IMG/VR virus record: IMGVR_UViG_3300020457_000004
Coordinates: 32,001 to 96,000 of that record
From: a virus
DNA: 64,000 bases
Direction: 5' to 3' (one strand)
Part shown: one piece after another, positions 26,974 to 36,716 of the stretch
Layout: the number at the start of each line of letters is the position of its first letter
Numbering within the stretch: the first letter of the stretch is position 1
Position numbers and translations under genes: made by a program
Notes under the pieces: model-generated
The model's input: the letters and a program-made list of their open reading frames with translations, nothing else
Told to the model about the DNA's origin: nothing
Database searches by the model: none

Positions 26974-27930
26974 TTACCCTGTCATCATCATTGGGGGTAA
27001 CTCATACTTCATTTGCATTTCATCTTCTATTATAGAAATTTCTTGAATTGCTTCTCCGTATATTTGGTCACCATTGAGTGTTACTCCGCCTGGCAACGCG
27101 ATTCCCCCGAACTTTTTCATGTTCTCACCCCATTGTCTTTTGATAAGAGCAGTAGCATATCTTTTCAAGAACATATCATCATAAACCTCTGTGAATGTAT
27201 CTGGGTCTATTATAGCATATGCTTCCGCGACAATATAATTATCTATATCAAAAGTTGCATCCATGTCCGTATCTAGATACATTCTGTTTGTTTTTCTGTT
27301 AAACCTAATAGCTCTTTCATTACTGAATATACTTTCTAATACATTCAAATGGGTCTTAACCATTGAGTAGTATGTGATATCAGCAGAAAGTAGATTGTAT
27401 AAGTCATTCAATGCAAACTGATAATCTACATCAAACAGTCCATCTGATTTACTACCCACGAGAGCACCGAACTTAAACGCTCTTATTATATTCAAAATAT
27501 TATTACCTATAGGGATATATCCATTTTCTATATCACCCTTCGATATACTTTGAATAGTTGCAGTAGTACCAGAGTCCGAACCTGTAATTACTTCACCTAC
27601 TTCAAATGCTGAAGCGGTAACTGATTTTTCATATATTACTGAAGTACCAGAACTTGACTCATGTATTGTTGATTTCGCACCAGATGTTCCACCAATGAAT
27701 GTTTCCCCTGCTGTGAATGTAGCACTACCTGTCAAAGTTATGGTAGACCCAGTTAACTTGTGTTTGATAAACGACCTCTCGACACCATCAAAATGGTATT
27801 CATTCCAATGTTGAAAGGCATCATCTATTCTATCTGATATTTGGTCTTCATCGACATTGATTTCGATGACAGGAGCTCCCAATCTTCGCAAACAATAGTC
27901 AATGAGTCCTTGTCTTGTGGATAACGCCAT
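26974..27930 (-). CDS. gp13: neck protein
   Basis: TR..LIDYCLRRLG.PVIEINVD.DQI.DRID, LKRYATALIKRQWG.N..KF....LPGGVTLNG. Confidence 0.95.
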   Translation of the reverse strand: MALSTRQGLIDYCLRRLGAPVIEINVDEDQISDRIDDAFQHWNEYHFDGVERSFIKHKLTGSTITLTGSATFTAGETFIGGTSGAKSTIHESSSGTSVIYEKSVTASAFEVGEVITGSDSGTTATIQSISKGDIENGYIPIGNNILNIIRAFKFGALVGSKSDGLFDVDYQFALNDLYNLLSADITYYSMVKTHLNVLESIFSNERAIRFNRKTNRMYLDTDMDATFDIDNYIVAEAYAIIDPDTFTEVYDDMFLKRYATALIKRQWGENMKKFGGIALPGGVTLNGDQIYGEAIQEISIIEDEMQMKYELPPMMMTG

Positions 27931-27964
27931 GTGGACTCCTAAAAATAATTTTAATTTCTTCGAC

Positions 27965-27972
27965 TATTTATA
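27965..27972 (-). promoter_or_regulatory. late promoter for gp13
   Basis: TATAAATA. Confidence 0.8.
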
Positions 27973-27976
27973 AGAC

Positions 27977-29470
27977 TTAGGATTGGTCGTATGCGTATAG
28001 TAAGGCTTTGAGGGCGTCAATCTCTTGTTTTACAAACGCTGTAGTGGCAATTTGTGTTGTATTTGTCCCAGTTGACGCTGTTGGAGCGGTTGGTGTTCCT
28101 GTTAAAGCTGCACTAGCAAGAGGTGCCTTGGTAGCAATATTATTTGTTACTGTAGTAGAAAAGTTCTCATCATCTCCCAAAGCAGCTGCAAGTTCATTTA
28201 AAGTGTTTAAAGTTGATGGCGCAGAGTCAACAAGATTTGCAGTAGCTGTTTCAACATAGGCAGTTGTAGCAATCTTTGTACTATTATCACTCGCAGATTG
28301 TGTTGGCGCAGTAGGATTACCAGTAAGTGCTGGACTAGCAAGTGTTGCATACGCGCTTAAGTCTGGTGGTGTGTATGTAAATACACCAGTAGAATTATTA
28401 TATGAAATGCCACCGTCACCAGATGCAGATGCTTCACTACCCACAGACAATCCACTAAGGGTCACAAAACTACCAGATTGTTGAGCGTCAATTAATGTTC
28501 TAATCTCAGCTGCGGTTACACCAGTTGCAAGTGCTGGAGTTCCAGAGTTATCCAGTATTGCAGCTTGGTCACCAGAATCAATTGCAACTCCTTCCCACTT
28601 CTTAGTGGAAGAACTATATCGTAGGAACCTACCATCTGTTGTAGCAGATGAACGGTCAATATCATCTAAGAATTCTAGTCGAACTTCACCACCGCCACCG
28701 ATACCTTGCATAGCAAGAATCATTTGTCGGATATTTGTATTGATAGAGTCTATTTGTTTTTGAACACTAGCAGTCTCATCAACCTGTTCTTGTACAGATT
28801 CTTTTCTTTCCGCGAGATATTGAACTGCGAGTTCTTGTAATTGTCTTTCGTCCTTGTTCTTCTTCTCTACTGGTTTGAGATTAAGAATATCCATGACAGT
28901 ACTGTAAGCATCTTTAGTTACATTAAATGACTCTGGTTGCGCTTCTTCTGTTATCTCTTCTGTTTCTTGTACCGCACCAGCATATTTCATTTCTAACTTA
29001 TTAACCTTTGCTTCTAAGGCAGAAATATCTGGGTCTAATTTTCCTGTTGTATTTGGTTCTGGGGGTGGTAATTCTTCAGGCCACTCTTTATCCATATCTT
29101 CTGACATTTGACTTACTGGGCGAATGTCAAACTCTGAAGCCATTTTCTCTGGATTGATACCAGCAAAGAAATCGGGAGTTTCTTTTACTATCTTTTCTTC
29201 TGGTTCTTCATATATTAATGGAGTTACATCCTTAAACTCATCTCTAATTTCTTGTAACTTTTCTAATTTGTTTTTATTTTGTTCTTCAACTTCCGAAAGT
29301 TTTTTTAACTCGCTCTTAAATACTCCCCAGAAATCCTCTTGGACTTTTTTACTGTGGGACTTTTTCTTCTGAGATTTTTCTACTTCTTTGAGAATTTCTT
29401 CTTTTTGCAGTTGCTGGTTTCTAGTTTTTTCTTTTGCAATTGCCTCAAAGAGTTTTTTTAACTCATCCAT
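27977..29470 (-). CDS. fibre protein with charged coiled-coil N-terminus (wac/fibritin position)
   Basis: GGGGEVRLEFLDDID linker; C-terminal LASPALTG.PTAPT...IATTA.V and TLNTLNELAAALGDD.NF tail-fibre repeats. Confidence 0.7.
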   Translation of the reverse strand: MDELKKLFEAIAKEKTRNQQLQKEEILKEVEKSQKKKSHSKKVQEDFWGVFKSELKKLSEVEEQNKNKLEKLQEIRDEFKDVTPLIYEEPEEKIVKETPDFFAGINPEKMASEFDIRPVSQMSEDMDKEWPEELPPPEPNTTGKLDPDISALEAKVNKLEMKYAGAVQETEEITEEAQPESFNVTKDAYSTVMDILNLKPVEKKNKDERQLQELAVQYLAERKESVQEQVDETASVQKQIDSINTNIRQMILAMQGIGGGGEVRLEFLDDIDRSSATTDGRFLRYSSSTKKWEGVAIDSGDQAAILDNSGTPALATGVTAAEIRTLIDAQQSGSFVTLSGLSVGSEASASGDGGISYNNSTGVFTYTPPDLSAYATLASPALTGNPTAPTQSASDNSTKIATTAYVETATANLVDSAPSTLNTLNELAAALGDDENFSTTVTNNIATKAPLASAALTGTPTAPTASTGTNTTQIATTAFVKQEIDALKALLYAYDQS

Positions 29471-29640
29471 TACTCTTTCCTTTTTTCTTTCGGTTTCTCG
29501 AAATCTACCGTAACTCCAGAATCATTCCAAGACTTCTTTTCTTCTATGCTGTAGTCCTCGCCATACCTACCTCTATCACGGTTACCATCTCCGTTCAATT
29601 CGGTTAGGTCTTGTTGTGTTTCTTTAAAATTTTTTGCCAC
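29470..29640 (-). CDS. hypothetical protein (56 aa)
   Basis: GTG start, MAKNFKETQQDLTELNGDGNRDRGRYGEDY...; TAA overlaps the ATG of the next gene; below the ORF-track cut-off. Confidence 0.6.
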   Translation of the reverse strand: MAKNFKETQQDLTELNGDGNRDRGRYGEDYSIEEKKSWNDSGVTVDFEKPKEKRKE

Positions 29641-29651
29641 TTTTCATTTCC

Positions 29652-29987
29652 TTATGATTTAGTTACTTGTGGTGTTACCGTTATTATGCCTTCCTGTACC
29701 CTCAATACTTCTGGTGCGTTTGTAATTTCAACATCATAAACATATCTACCAGACTTCAACGCGGCTGTTTGTGTTGCTGTCAAAGACAAAGTTATAACAC
29801 CAGTAGCATCAACTTGAGCGGTTGTAAAACTATTATAAGTAGTACTGTCATAGCTTTTTCGGAACTGTGATTCTGTCGTATAGCCTGTAAGGTTTTTAGC
29901 GGTTGACCCATCTGTAGTTACTGTTAGGGTCTCACTAAAAGTAGTACCTTGGTCTATCGTTATATTTTTAATTACTTTTTTTGCCAT
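29652..29987 (-). CDS. small virion/baseplate Ig-like protein (BppU-N-like)
   Basis: ITIDQG.TF, NLTGY...SQFRKSY, G.I.LSLTA.QT..L..GRYVYDVEI, EG...VTP.VT. Confidence 0.7.
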   Translation of the reverse strand: MAKKVIKNITIDQGTTFSETLTVTTDGSTAKNLTGYTTESQFRKSYDSTTYNSFTTAQVDATGVITLSLTATQTAALKSGRYVYDVEITNAPEVLRVQEGIITVTPQVTKS

Positions 29988-30006
29988 GGAAAATACCTTT
30001 TAAATT

Positions 30007-30660
30007 ATGAGAACAATTGTCACCCTCAAATACGGAAACAAATACTCTGCCGATGATGTAAACACTATTTATAATATGTGTAAACCATATCTATTCGGTG
30101 GCAACTTTTGGTGTCGAACCGATGACCCAAAAGGATTAAAACAAGGAATACTTACACAGAAGTATACTGGTCTAGGCAACTGGGAAAAAATCTTACTTCT
30201 TGGTAAAAATTTTGGTGGCCGAACCATATATTTAGACCTCGATGTTATAGTTCAAGGTAACCTTACCCCTTTATTTGACCTTTGCGATGAACCTACCATA
30301 TGCGAAACATACTGGAAAGACTTTGGTGGCGCGTGGAACTCTAGTGTTATGGCATGGAAATGTGATAATGCCGCCTATATAACAGAAGCATTTTTCAAAA
30401 ACTTTGATTTAAACTTGCATAAATACGATGGTAAGGATGATAATTTTTTATATGATGGAAGGTTCTTTAAACGAACATTCCCAAAAGGATTGATATATTC
30501 GTTCCTTGCTGGGGTAGACATGGAAACAGATACCTCACCAAGAGCTCATCAAATAAAACCAGATTATCCAATTGTCTTGTTAAACGGACAAAATGAAGTC
30601 AATTACAATTTGAGACAAAAATATTATGATGCACTTTCTTTGCATGAAATGGGGGAATAA
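30007..30660 (+). CDS. glycosyltransferase (GT-A fold, DxD)
   Basis: LKYG.KY..DDVN..Y.M, F.C.TDD, WEK..L, YLDLDV.V, NSSVM.W. Confidence 0.8.
   Translation: MRTIVTLKYGNKYSADDVNTIYNMCKPYLFGGNFWCRTDDPKGLKQGILTQKYTGLGNWEKILLLGKNFGGRTIYLDLDVIVQGNLTPLFDLCDEPTICETYWKDFGGAWNSSVMAWKCDNAAYITEAFFKNFDLNLHKYDGKDDNFLYDGRFFKRTFPKGLIYSFLAGVDMETDTSPRAHQIKPDYPIVLLNGQNEVNYNLRQKYYDALSLHEMGE
30066..30073 (-). promoter_or_regulatory. late promoter for the 29987 gene, embedded in the divergent GT gene
   Basis: TATAAATA on the - strand, 79 nt upstream of ATG 29987. Confidence 0.55.
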
Positions 30661-33142
30661 GTACTCTCCAGAATATGTAAATAATCTATACAGAATGGTT
30701 CAGCAGAACTACACCAAAAGGTTTAAGTTCATATGCTACACAGACGAACCAGAAGATATACACAAGGATATTAAGATTCGGTCTATACCCAATGTAGACC
30801 CTCTCCATCCACGGCATTGGTTTGGTCAAGAAAACTTCTGTTGGGATAGAGCAAAGTTTCTTGTTCTCAATTCCCACCATTGGTTAAAAACCAAAGGGCC
30901 TTTCTGTTATCTGGATTTAGATGTCATAATTCAAAACAACATCGATGACATATTTGAACTATCGAAAACTCCGCACATGATTTATTCCAATTGGGAAAAT
31001 CCAAAAGTTCTCAATGACAGAAGATTTACAGACATGCGTGGCACATTATACAACTCTAGTGTCATGTTATGGTGTACTGACCAAGGGGAAAAGATTTACA
31101 ATGATGTAATGAAACACAAGGACACGGTGTTTAAAACCTTTTGGAAAGGAACCGATAACTACTACCCATACAGAGAACATCAAGCAGTAGGCGATAACTA
31201 TTGGTCGTTCTTACCTAGTGATTGGGTATACTCCTACAATAGAGGGAGACAACATCCCAATGATGTCACGCAACACCTGTATAGAGAAGGTGCAAAATTC
31301 TGTATCTTTGAAGCATCCGTTGGTGGTAGAAACAAAAACAATCTCAAACCACACGAGTTAAGAGATTACAATCTACTCACACATTGGCACGGCAAAACAG
31401 AATTTGAAAGATTGTGGTTACCCAAGTTTCCAGATAACTTCTTTGATAAAAATAAACATACCAATAAGATATCTCAGTTATTGCGTACTAAAGACTACGA
31501 TACACTAGAAGAAAAATTCTTCAAAGACTTACCACAACTAAAACAAGATTGGGAACAATATTCAAAAGAGTTTGAAACACTACGCGAGTGGATTGGATTT
31601 GAATCTTTAACAGATAGTATGCTACAAGAAAACTATATGGACAAGGATACAATATCAGACATAAAAGAACTTATTGAAACAAATGATTTGCAATCCCTTT
31701 CAGAAAAAATGATTAATGACTTCCCAGAGTTGGAAGAATATTTTAAAGGTACAATTTCTGAAGTGAAGGTACATGTACCAGAATTAGAAAGAGAGATATC
31801 TGACCTTATTTTTATACGACAAATAGAACCGCACCACAAGGATATTATCAAAGAACTATATGATTCTGGTGATATGATTTCAATGCATAAAAAGTTTCTC
31901 GCTGACTATCCAGATGACCCTGTACTGTTACAGGGTGATGAGTCTTTGTATTGGAACAAAGATGCAAATGAGATATATGACTTTTACAAACAGAGGTACA
32001 TATATAAGTCTCATCTAACCGCGTTTGATGAAGCGAAAGAACTGGGCGCTGTTAGATATTTCTGGAACATAAGTTTTCTACAATGTTTCGCGTTGTATAA
32101 AAGACTATGGGATAAAAACACACTACCACAAATCAAAAAAGATGTCATGGATAACATCAAAGAACATGGGATGCAAAGGGTGTTCTGGGATGCGTCAGCT
32201 GAAGATGTTCAATCCCTGTACAAGAAATACTATTTACAGAACCTAAAAGAATTATTTTATAAAGAAGATTATGAGAAAGTATTTGAAAGACTATACAACA
32301 TCATGCCCAAACAAGAACTCATATCAATCATTAATCAAGATAGTGTAAAAGATAATGATACTCTTGTCAAGTATTTTCAAATGCATGGGGAACAATATAG
32401 TGACTTATACACAGGATTGTATGATGATGGCAATCCAGAAGGTGCATTAATACAACTATCTACCAAACAAAATGATACTGGGAATGAATTTAATGATATT
32501 TTTGTCAATGGAAAAGAACATACACTAGATTCTCTCAAGACTGTAGTTGAAAACTTCAAGTTACAATGGGTTACATTTATGTGTGAAATCACAGACCCGA
32601 CAAACTGTGACCAAATTGAGTCTATTTGTCGGTATTTTAAAGAAAAATTAGGCTGTACAGTTACCGTTCAAACATTTAAGTCATATATAAAAGACCTACC
32701 TTTTGTTGATAGGGTTGAACATGTACTTCCTACACAACCAACCGAGAACGAAATAAAGGTAAATGATAGTATTGCTAGTGATATTCCAGTAAGTCTGGAA
32801 ACATTGAAACGGTTTAAGAAGGATGAGGAAGTACGAACCAAGAAACCTAAGATGAAAGAGAAGGAACCAGTATGGTGTGACGCGAGGAAAAGTGAATATT
32901 TTTATGTGAATTCGCAAGGCAACCTTTTTCCGTGTGCGTACATTGCTAGAGATGTAATGGAACACAAATTATTTCCTTATCATCCTATTGACTATACATA
33001 CAATTTCAAGTATAATGATGGGACGAAATTTAATATCGGTGAGATAATTTATAACCATGACTTTGAGAACATAAGTCAACACTTGAAGAGGAAACCCCTC
33101 AGCGTTTGTACCAGAAATTGTGGAGATTGCCATGCGAGTTAA
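30626..33142 (+). CDS. multidomain protein: GT-A glycosyltransferase + helical repeats + degenerate radical-SAM/SPASM-like C-terminus
   Basis: N-terminus CMKWG.KY.PEYVN.LY, YLDLDVII, YNSSVMLW; C-terminus C.....YVNSQGNLFPC...C..NC.DC (SPASM-like), but no CxxxCxxC. Confidence 0.7.
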   Translation: MMHFLCMKWGNKYSPEYVNNLYRMVQQNYTKRFKFICYTDEPEDIHKDIKIRSIPNVDPLHPRHWFGQENFCWDRAKFLVLNSHHWLKTKGPFCYLDLDVIIQNNIDDIFELSKTPHMIYSNWENPKVLNDRRFTDMRGTLYNSSVMLWCTDQGEKIYNDVMKHKDTVFKTFWKGTDNYYPYREHQAVGDNYWSFLPSDWVYSYNRGRQHPNDVTQHLYREGAKFCIFEASVGGRNKNNLKPHELRDYNLLTHWHGKTEFERLWLPKFPDNFFDKNKHTNKISQLLRTKDYDTLEEKFFKDLPQLKQDWEQYSKEFETLREWIGFESLTDSMLQENYMDKDTISDIKELIETNDLQSLSEKMINDFPELEEYFKGTISEVKVHVPELEREISDLIFIRQIEPHHKDIIKELYDSGDMISMHKKFLADYPDDPVLLQGDESLYWNKDANEIYDFYKQRYIYKSHLTAFDEAKELGAVRYFWNISFLQCFALYKRLWDKNTLPQIKKDVMDNIKEHGMQRVFWDASAEDVQSLYKKYYLQNLKELFYKEDYEKVFERLYNIMPKQELISIINQDSVKDNDTLVKYFQMHGEQYSDLYTGLYDDGNPEGALIQLSTKQNDTGNEFNDIFVNGKEHTLDSLKTVVENFKLQWVTFMCEITDPTNCDQIESICRYFKEKLGCTVTVQTFKSYIKDLPFVDRVEHVLPTQPTENEIKVNDSIASDIPVSLETLKRFKKDEEVRTKKPKMKEKEPVWCDARKSEYFYVNSQGNLFPCAYIARDVMEHKLFPYHPIDYTYNFKYNDGTKFNIGEIIYNHDFENISQHLKRKPLSVCTRNCGDCHAS

Positions 33143-33944
33143 TGTAGTTTGTAGTAAATGGGGAGAAAAATATGGCCCGCACTTTGTTAACCGTCTTTAT
33201 AACATGTCTAAGCGCAATACACCTTCGACAATGGATTTTCATTTCTACTGTTATACGGACAACGATAAGGGATTATTACCAGATATTAAGGTTATACCAT
33301 TTCCCGATATCCCTACCATCCATCCTAAATACTGGTTCGGCGCTGACGAGTTTAAGTACGGCATGGCTCGCTGTTGGGACAGGCCTAAAACTTTCGTTTT
33401 TAATACTCACAATTTCGGCCCAGATAAGCCGACAGGACGCTTCATCTTCTTTGATTTGGATGTAATTATTCAGAATGATATTACACCACTTCTAACTTAC
33501 AACACAGAACAACCAACTAAAATGCGGTCTTGGTGGCAAGACCCGAAACCCATGAAGACTAGACAATTTAAACTAGCACATGGTGCGTACACGAATGGAA
33601 GTTGTCAAGTATGGAGTGATGACCAATGTGAACCTATATGGGAAGATGTATTAGAAAACCAAGAAAAGATATGGTTCACATATACAGATGGGACTGATAA
33701 CTATCACTCTTGGAGATGGGGTGAGTATGGTGCTAAACTATGGGATTACTTTCCATCATGGATGGCGTACTCATATAATAGAGGTAGGTCATGGGATGAA
33801 GATGATTTGAATGTGGGTATATACAGACCCAATTGTATTTTGTGTGTATTTAATGTAGATTTGTTACCGTTTGAGGATGAAAGCAGAGGACACACTAAAC
33901 AAGATGACCTCGCAGACCCCAAACTATTAGAACATTGGAGGTAG
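33132..33944 (+). CDS. glycosyltransferase (GT-A fold, DxD)
   Basis: VCSKWG.KY...FVNRLY.M, FYCYTD, FFDLDVIIQ.DI, NGSCQVW, YSYNRGR; GGAG SD before 33132. Confidence 0.8.
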   Translation: MRVNVVCSKWGEKYGPHFVNRLYNMSKRNTPSTMDFHFYCYTDNDKGLLPDIKVIPFPDIPTIHPKYWFGADEFKYGMARCWDRPKTFVFNTHNFGPDKPTGRFIFFDLDVIIQNDITPLLTYNTEQPTKMRSWWQDPKPMKTRQFKLAHGAYTNGSCQVWSDDQCEPIWEDVLENQEKIWFTYTDGTDNYHSWRWGEYGAKLWDYFPSWMAYSYNRGRSWDEDDLNVGIYRPNCILCVFNVDLLPFEDESRGHTKQDDLADPKLLEHWR

Positions 33945-33946
33945 AA

Positions 33947-34105
33947 ATGAAAAAACTTTGGAAACTATGGTGCATGTCTTTAGGAGAAAAGGCATCGGAT
34001 GATTCACACGAGGCTGATATGGTTGCAATAATGAGAACCATAGTTGTCTTGGTAAACTTCTTCACCTGTTTCTTTATTATATCGGGAGTATTGAGACATT
34101 GGTAA
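33947..34105 (+). CDS. small membrane protein conserved in marine T4-like phages (52 aa)
   Basis: MKKLWKLWCMSLGEKASDDSHEADMVAIMRT...TCFFIISGVLRHW*; GGAGG SD; below the track cut-off. Confidence 0.7.
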   Translation: MKKLWKLWCMSLGEKASDDSHEADMVAIMRTIVVLVNFFTCFFIISGVLRHW

Positions 34106-34731
34106 TGATGAGTCCAAATTGGTTTATAGCCGAAGAACAGATATCAAAACATAATTGTATCTGGACAGGTGAGGTATCTATGGATACCTTGAATTATTAT
34201 AGAAAGTTTGTGGGTGAAACTTCAAACAATTATAACTTAGCAGGACATCTGGATAAACAAATAAGAATTGAGGATATGCCGTGGGAGGTTAAAGAAGATA
34301 TTATGAGTCACTTCTACAGACAAGAAGTACAACGGTATATGAAGATACATAAAGACACAAGTCATCCGTTATTACCTATTGGTTTAGAAAGCGTATGGAT
34401 TAACTATCAAAAGAAACACGAATTCAATCCTATGCACAATCATGGCGGATTGTTTTCATTTGTAATTTTTATCAATATTCCGTATAACTTGGAAGATGAA
34501 GATAAATTCTTCCCAGAAAAACAAGACCCAAAAACTTCAAGGTTATGTTTTGTGGTAAACTCACCAATGGGTGTACCAGAAGAACTGGCAATAAATGTTG
34601 ACCAAGGGTTTGAAGGAAAGATGATTTTGTTTGATGCAAAACTGCCACACATGGTTTATCCCTTTTATACTTCAGATGGTGAAAGGATTACCGCGTCTGG
34701 TAATGTAGTTTATGAGAGGGAACCATTTTGA
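34105..34731 (+). CDS. 2OG-Fe(II) oxygenase-like protein
   Basis: WINYQKKHEFNPMHNH.G.FSFV, G.MILF...L.H.VYPF...ERI..SGN. Confidence 0.8.
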   Translation: MMSPNWFIAEEQISKHNCIWTGEVSMDTLNYYRKFVGETSNNYNLAGHLDKQIRIEDMPWEVKEDIMSHFYRQEVQRYMKIHKDTSHPLLPIGLESVWINYQKKHEFNPMHNHGGLFSFVIFINIPYNLEDEDKFFPEKQDPKTSRLCFVVNSPMGVPEELAINVDQGFEGKMILFDAKLPHMVYPFYTSDGERITASGNVVYEREPF

Positions 34732-35411
34732 ATATCTACACAGTAAAGTGGGGTGACAAGTATAACTATCAACATGTCAATAATGTATATGAGGCGTGTA
34801 AAGAATTTTATACACCCCCAGATGGACACTTCGATTTCTTTTGCCTAACAGAAAATCCAAAGGGGTTAGATAAGAACATTACGCCACTCGCATTGCCTGG
34901 CGGAAACAAACTAGTGAAGTGGTGGAATAAGATGTACCTCTTTGACAGTAACATCGTCACGCAGAAAGGTGAAAAGATGTTCTTTGATATTGATACTATC
35001 ATTCAGAAAGACATAACTCCTATCGTAAACTATGACCCAGAGGATTGTCTTTGTTTCGTAAAGACATACTGGCACGATTTAGAAACTCAATATAAAAACA
35101 CTAGACACATTCCACATAAATATACAGATCTAAACTCTTCGGTTCTGAGGTGGAATGATAACTTAAACACAGAAGAGATTACAGAATACTTTAATAAATA
35201 TCAGAAACAAATACTATGGTACTATCGTGGTCTTGATAACTTCTTTTATAACAGAAGAATAACCAAAATCAAATTGTTTCCTATAGGTTGGGTATATAGT
35301 TTTAACCAAGGCTATGTCTTCCCACACGATATAGATAAACACACATACCGCGAACTACCTTATGTTTGTATTTTTGACTCAATGGGAAAAGGTGAAGATG
35401 TTAAATTTTAA
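34728..35411 (+). CDS. glycosyltransferase (GT-A fold, DxD)
   Basis: VKWG.KY...HVN, FFCLTE, WWNKM.LF, FFDIDTIIQ.DI, LNSSV.RW, FP..WVYSF. Confidence 0.8.
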   Translation: MNIYTVKWGDKYNYQHVNNVYEACKEFYTPPDGHFDFFCLTENPKGLDKNITPLALPGGNKLVKWWNKMYLFDSNIVTQKGEKMFFDIDTIIQKDITPIVNYDPEDCLCFVKTYWHDLETQYKNTRHIPHKYTDLNSSVLRWNDNLNTEEITEYFNKYQKQILWYYRGLDNFFYNRRITKIKLFPIGWVYSFNQGYVFPHDIDKHTYRELPYVCIFDSMGKGEDVKF

Positions 35412-36081
35412 TTTTTTAAATAACTTTAAATACTGGGGCGAGGCGTTACATGTTATAGAAAACAAAATGCCTCACAAACTTGTAGATTTTAGACAATCTC
35501 TACAGGAAAATAATATGGATGCTTCAATCTGGTTGGTTGAAGAACTGAAAGAGTACTTGGAAGAATATTATACCAAACAAGGTAATCTTAGAATATTAAT
35601 TCTTAATTCTTGGTTAGGTCTTCCTATGGTTCCTCTTTTATGTGAAAACTTAGATGTCGCACAAATTCATTTAGTGGACATGGATGAAGAGAGTATCAAT
35701 CTTTCTAAATCATTTCACAAGTACTATGCCCAAGAGAAGTTTGTAAACATTCGTCATTGGAATCTAGACATACCGTTTGAGTTTGAGAATCTAAATAAGA
35801 TTGATGTTGATATAGTAATTTGTATTCACACAGAACAAATGTATCCTCTAACAGAACTAGTGGGTAAGAATCCCAATGCCGTGTACGCGATGCAGAACTC
35901 TAATGTAGTTGAAGAGATGTATGGTATCAATTGTGTGAACTCAATCGAGGCACTAAAAGAACAGATAGGAATAGAAGAGTGTGGATATGAAGGAACCAAA
36001 CAACAAATATATTATTCTTGGGATGGTAAAAAGGAGTTTGATAGATTTATGATTATAGGACAGAGGGAAGGATTCTTCTAA
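35398..36081 (+). CDS. class I SAM-dependent methyltransferase-fold protein (divergent motif I)
   Basis: ILILNSWLG, IHLVDMD, DIVICIHTEQM, MQNSN...GINCVNS, RFMIIG; resembles the phage family with GGWYG/INTSCEH. Confidence 0.55.
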   Translation: MLNFNFLNNFKYWGEALHVIENKMPHKLVDFRQSLQENNMDASIWLVEELKEYLEEYYTKQGNLRILILNSWLGLPMVPLLCENLDVAQIHLVDMDEESINLSKSFHKYYAQEKFVNIRHWNLDIPFEFENLNKIDVDIVICIHTEQMYPLTELVGKNPNAVYAMQNSNVVEEMYGINCVNSIEALKEQIGIEECGYEGTKQQIYYSWDGKKEFDRFMIIGQREGFF

Positions 36082-36716
36082 AAATCTAATAGTGGATATT
36101 CACTCATATCAATATCTGCTACCATCTGTTTCCATAGGTATTCATCTGGTATAACAAAACCAAATGTTTGACGCGGGCCTCTACTTCCAGCAGTATGCCA
36201 GTATGGAGTTTCGTCTTTACCACCATAATATCCTATCTTCACATTCCACCCTACTGGGTCATGGATAGTCACAACATTTCCATCTTCATCTAAGTGTTTA
36301 AAGAATCCACACCCATCACTATAAGACATTAAAATATTATAGCCTGGACAGTCCCAGTTATTATGCCAAGACATGAAACCACCAGCAGGATAGTAAACAT
36401 GTACCGCGTTAAACTTAGCACACAACCACGCGGATAATTCAGCACAAGTCTTCAAAGACTCTCTTCTAAGTTCTTTATCAACTCCATGTGTCAAATGAAA
36501 ATCACATACCTTCGCATACTCTGGTGGGCCTTTGTGGTCTTCACCCTTTGCCTGAACCTCTCTAAGATATTCTTCCGAACAATAGTAATCCATATCCCTG
36601 TCACCAAATCTTCTTTCGTCCATAGGTAAAGGTTGTATTGCGTTGTTATTATAGAAGTCCATCCACTTGTCGAGGATTTCTATTAACTCTGGATTTACTA
36701 ATTTTATTGTTTTCAT
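36078..36716 (-). CDS. double-stranded beta-helix / 2OG-Fe(II) oxygenase-like protein
   Basis: YYP.GGFMSWHNN, GYNIL.SYS, G.F, YWH.A....R.TFGF. Confidence 0.6.
   Translation of the reverse strand: MKTIKLVNPELIEILDKWMDFYNNNAIQPLPMDERRFGDRDMDYYCSEEYLREVQAKGEDHKGPPEYAKVCDFHLTHGVDKELRRESLKTCAELSAWLCAKFNAVHVYYPAGGFMSWHNNWDCPGYNILMSYSDGCGFFKHLDEDGNVVTIHDPVGWNVKIGYYGGKDETPYWHTAGSRGPRQTFGFVIPDEYLWKQMVADIDMSEYPLLDF

Noticed and set aside
29624-29647. ATG AAA AGT GGC AAA AAA TTT TAA minigene with a slippery-looking A6-T4 run
   Set aside because: The overlapping GTG start at 29640 has better SD spacing and gives a clean ORF, so no frameshift is needed
29834-29841. TATAAGTA on + as a late promoter for the GT operon
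   Set aside because: One mismatch, inside a coding region of an AT-rich genome; cannot be distinguished from chance without TSS data
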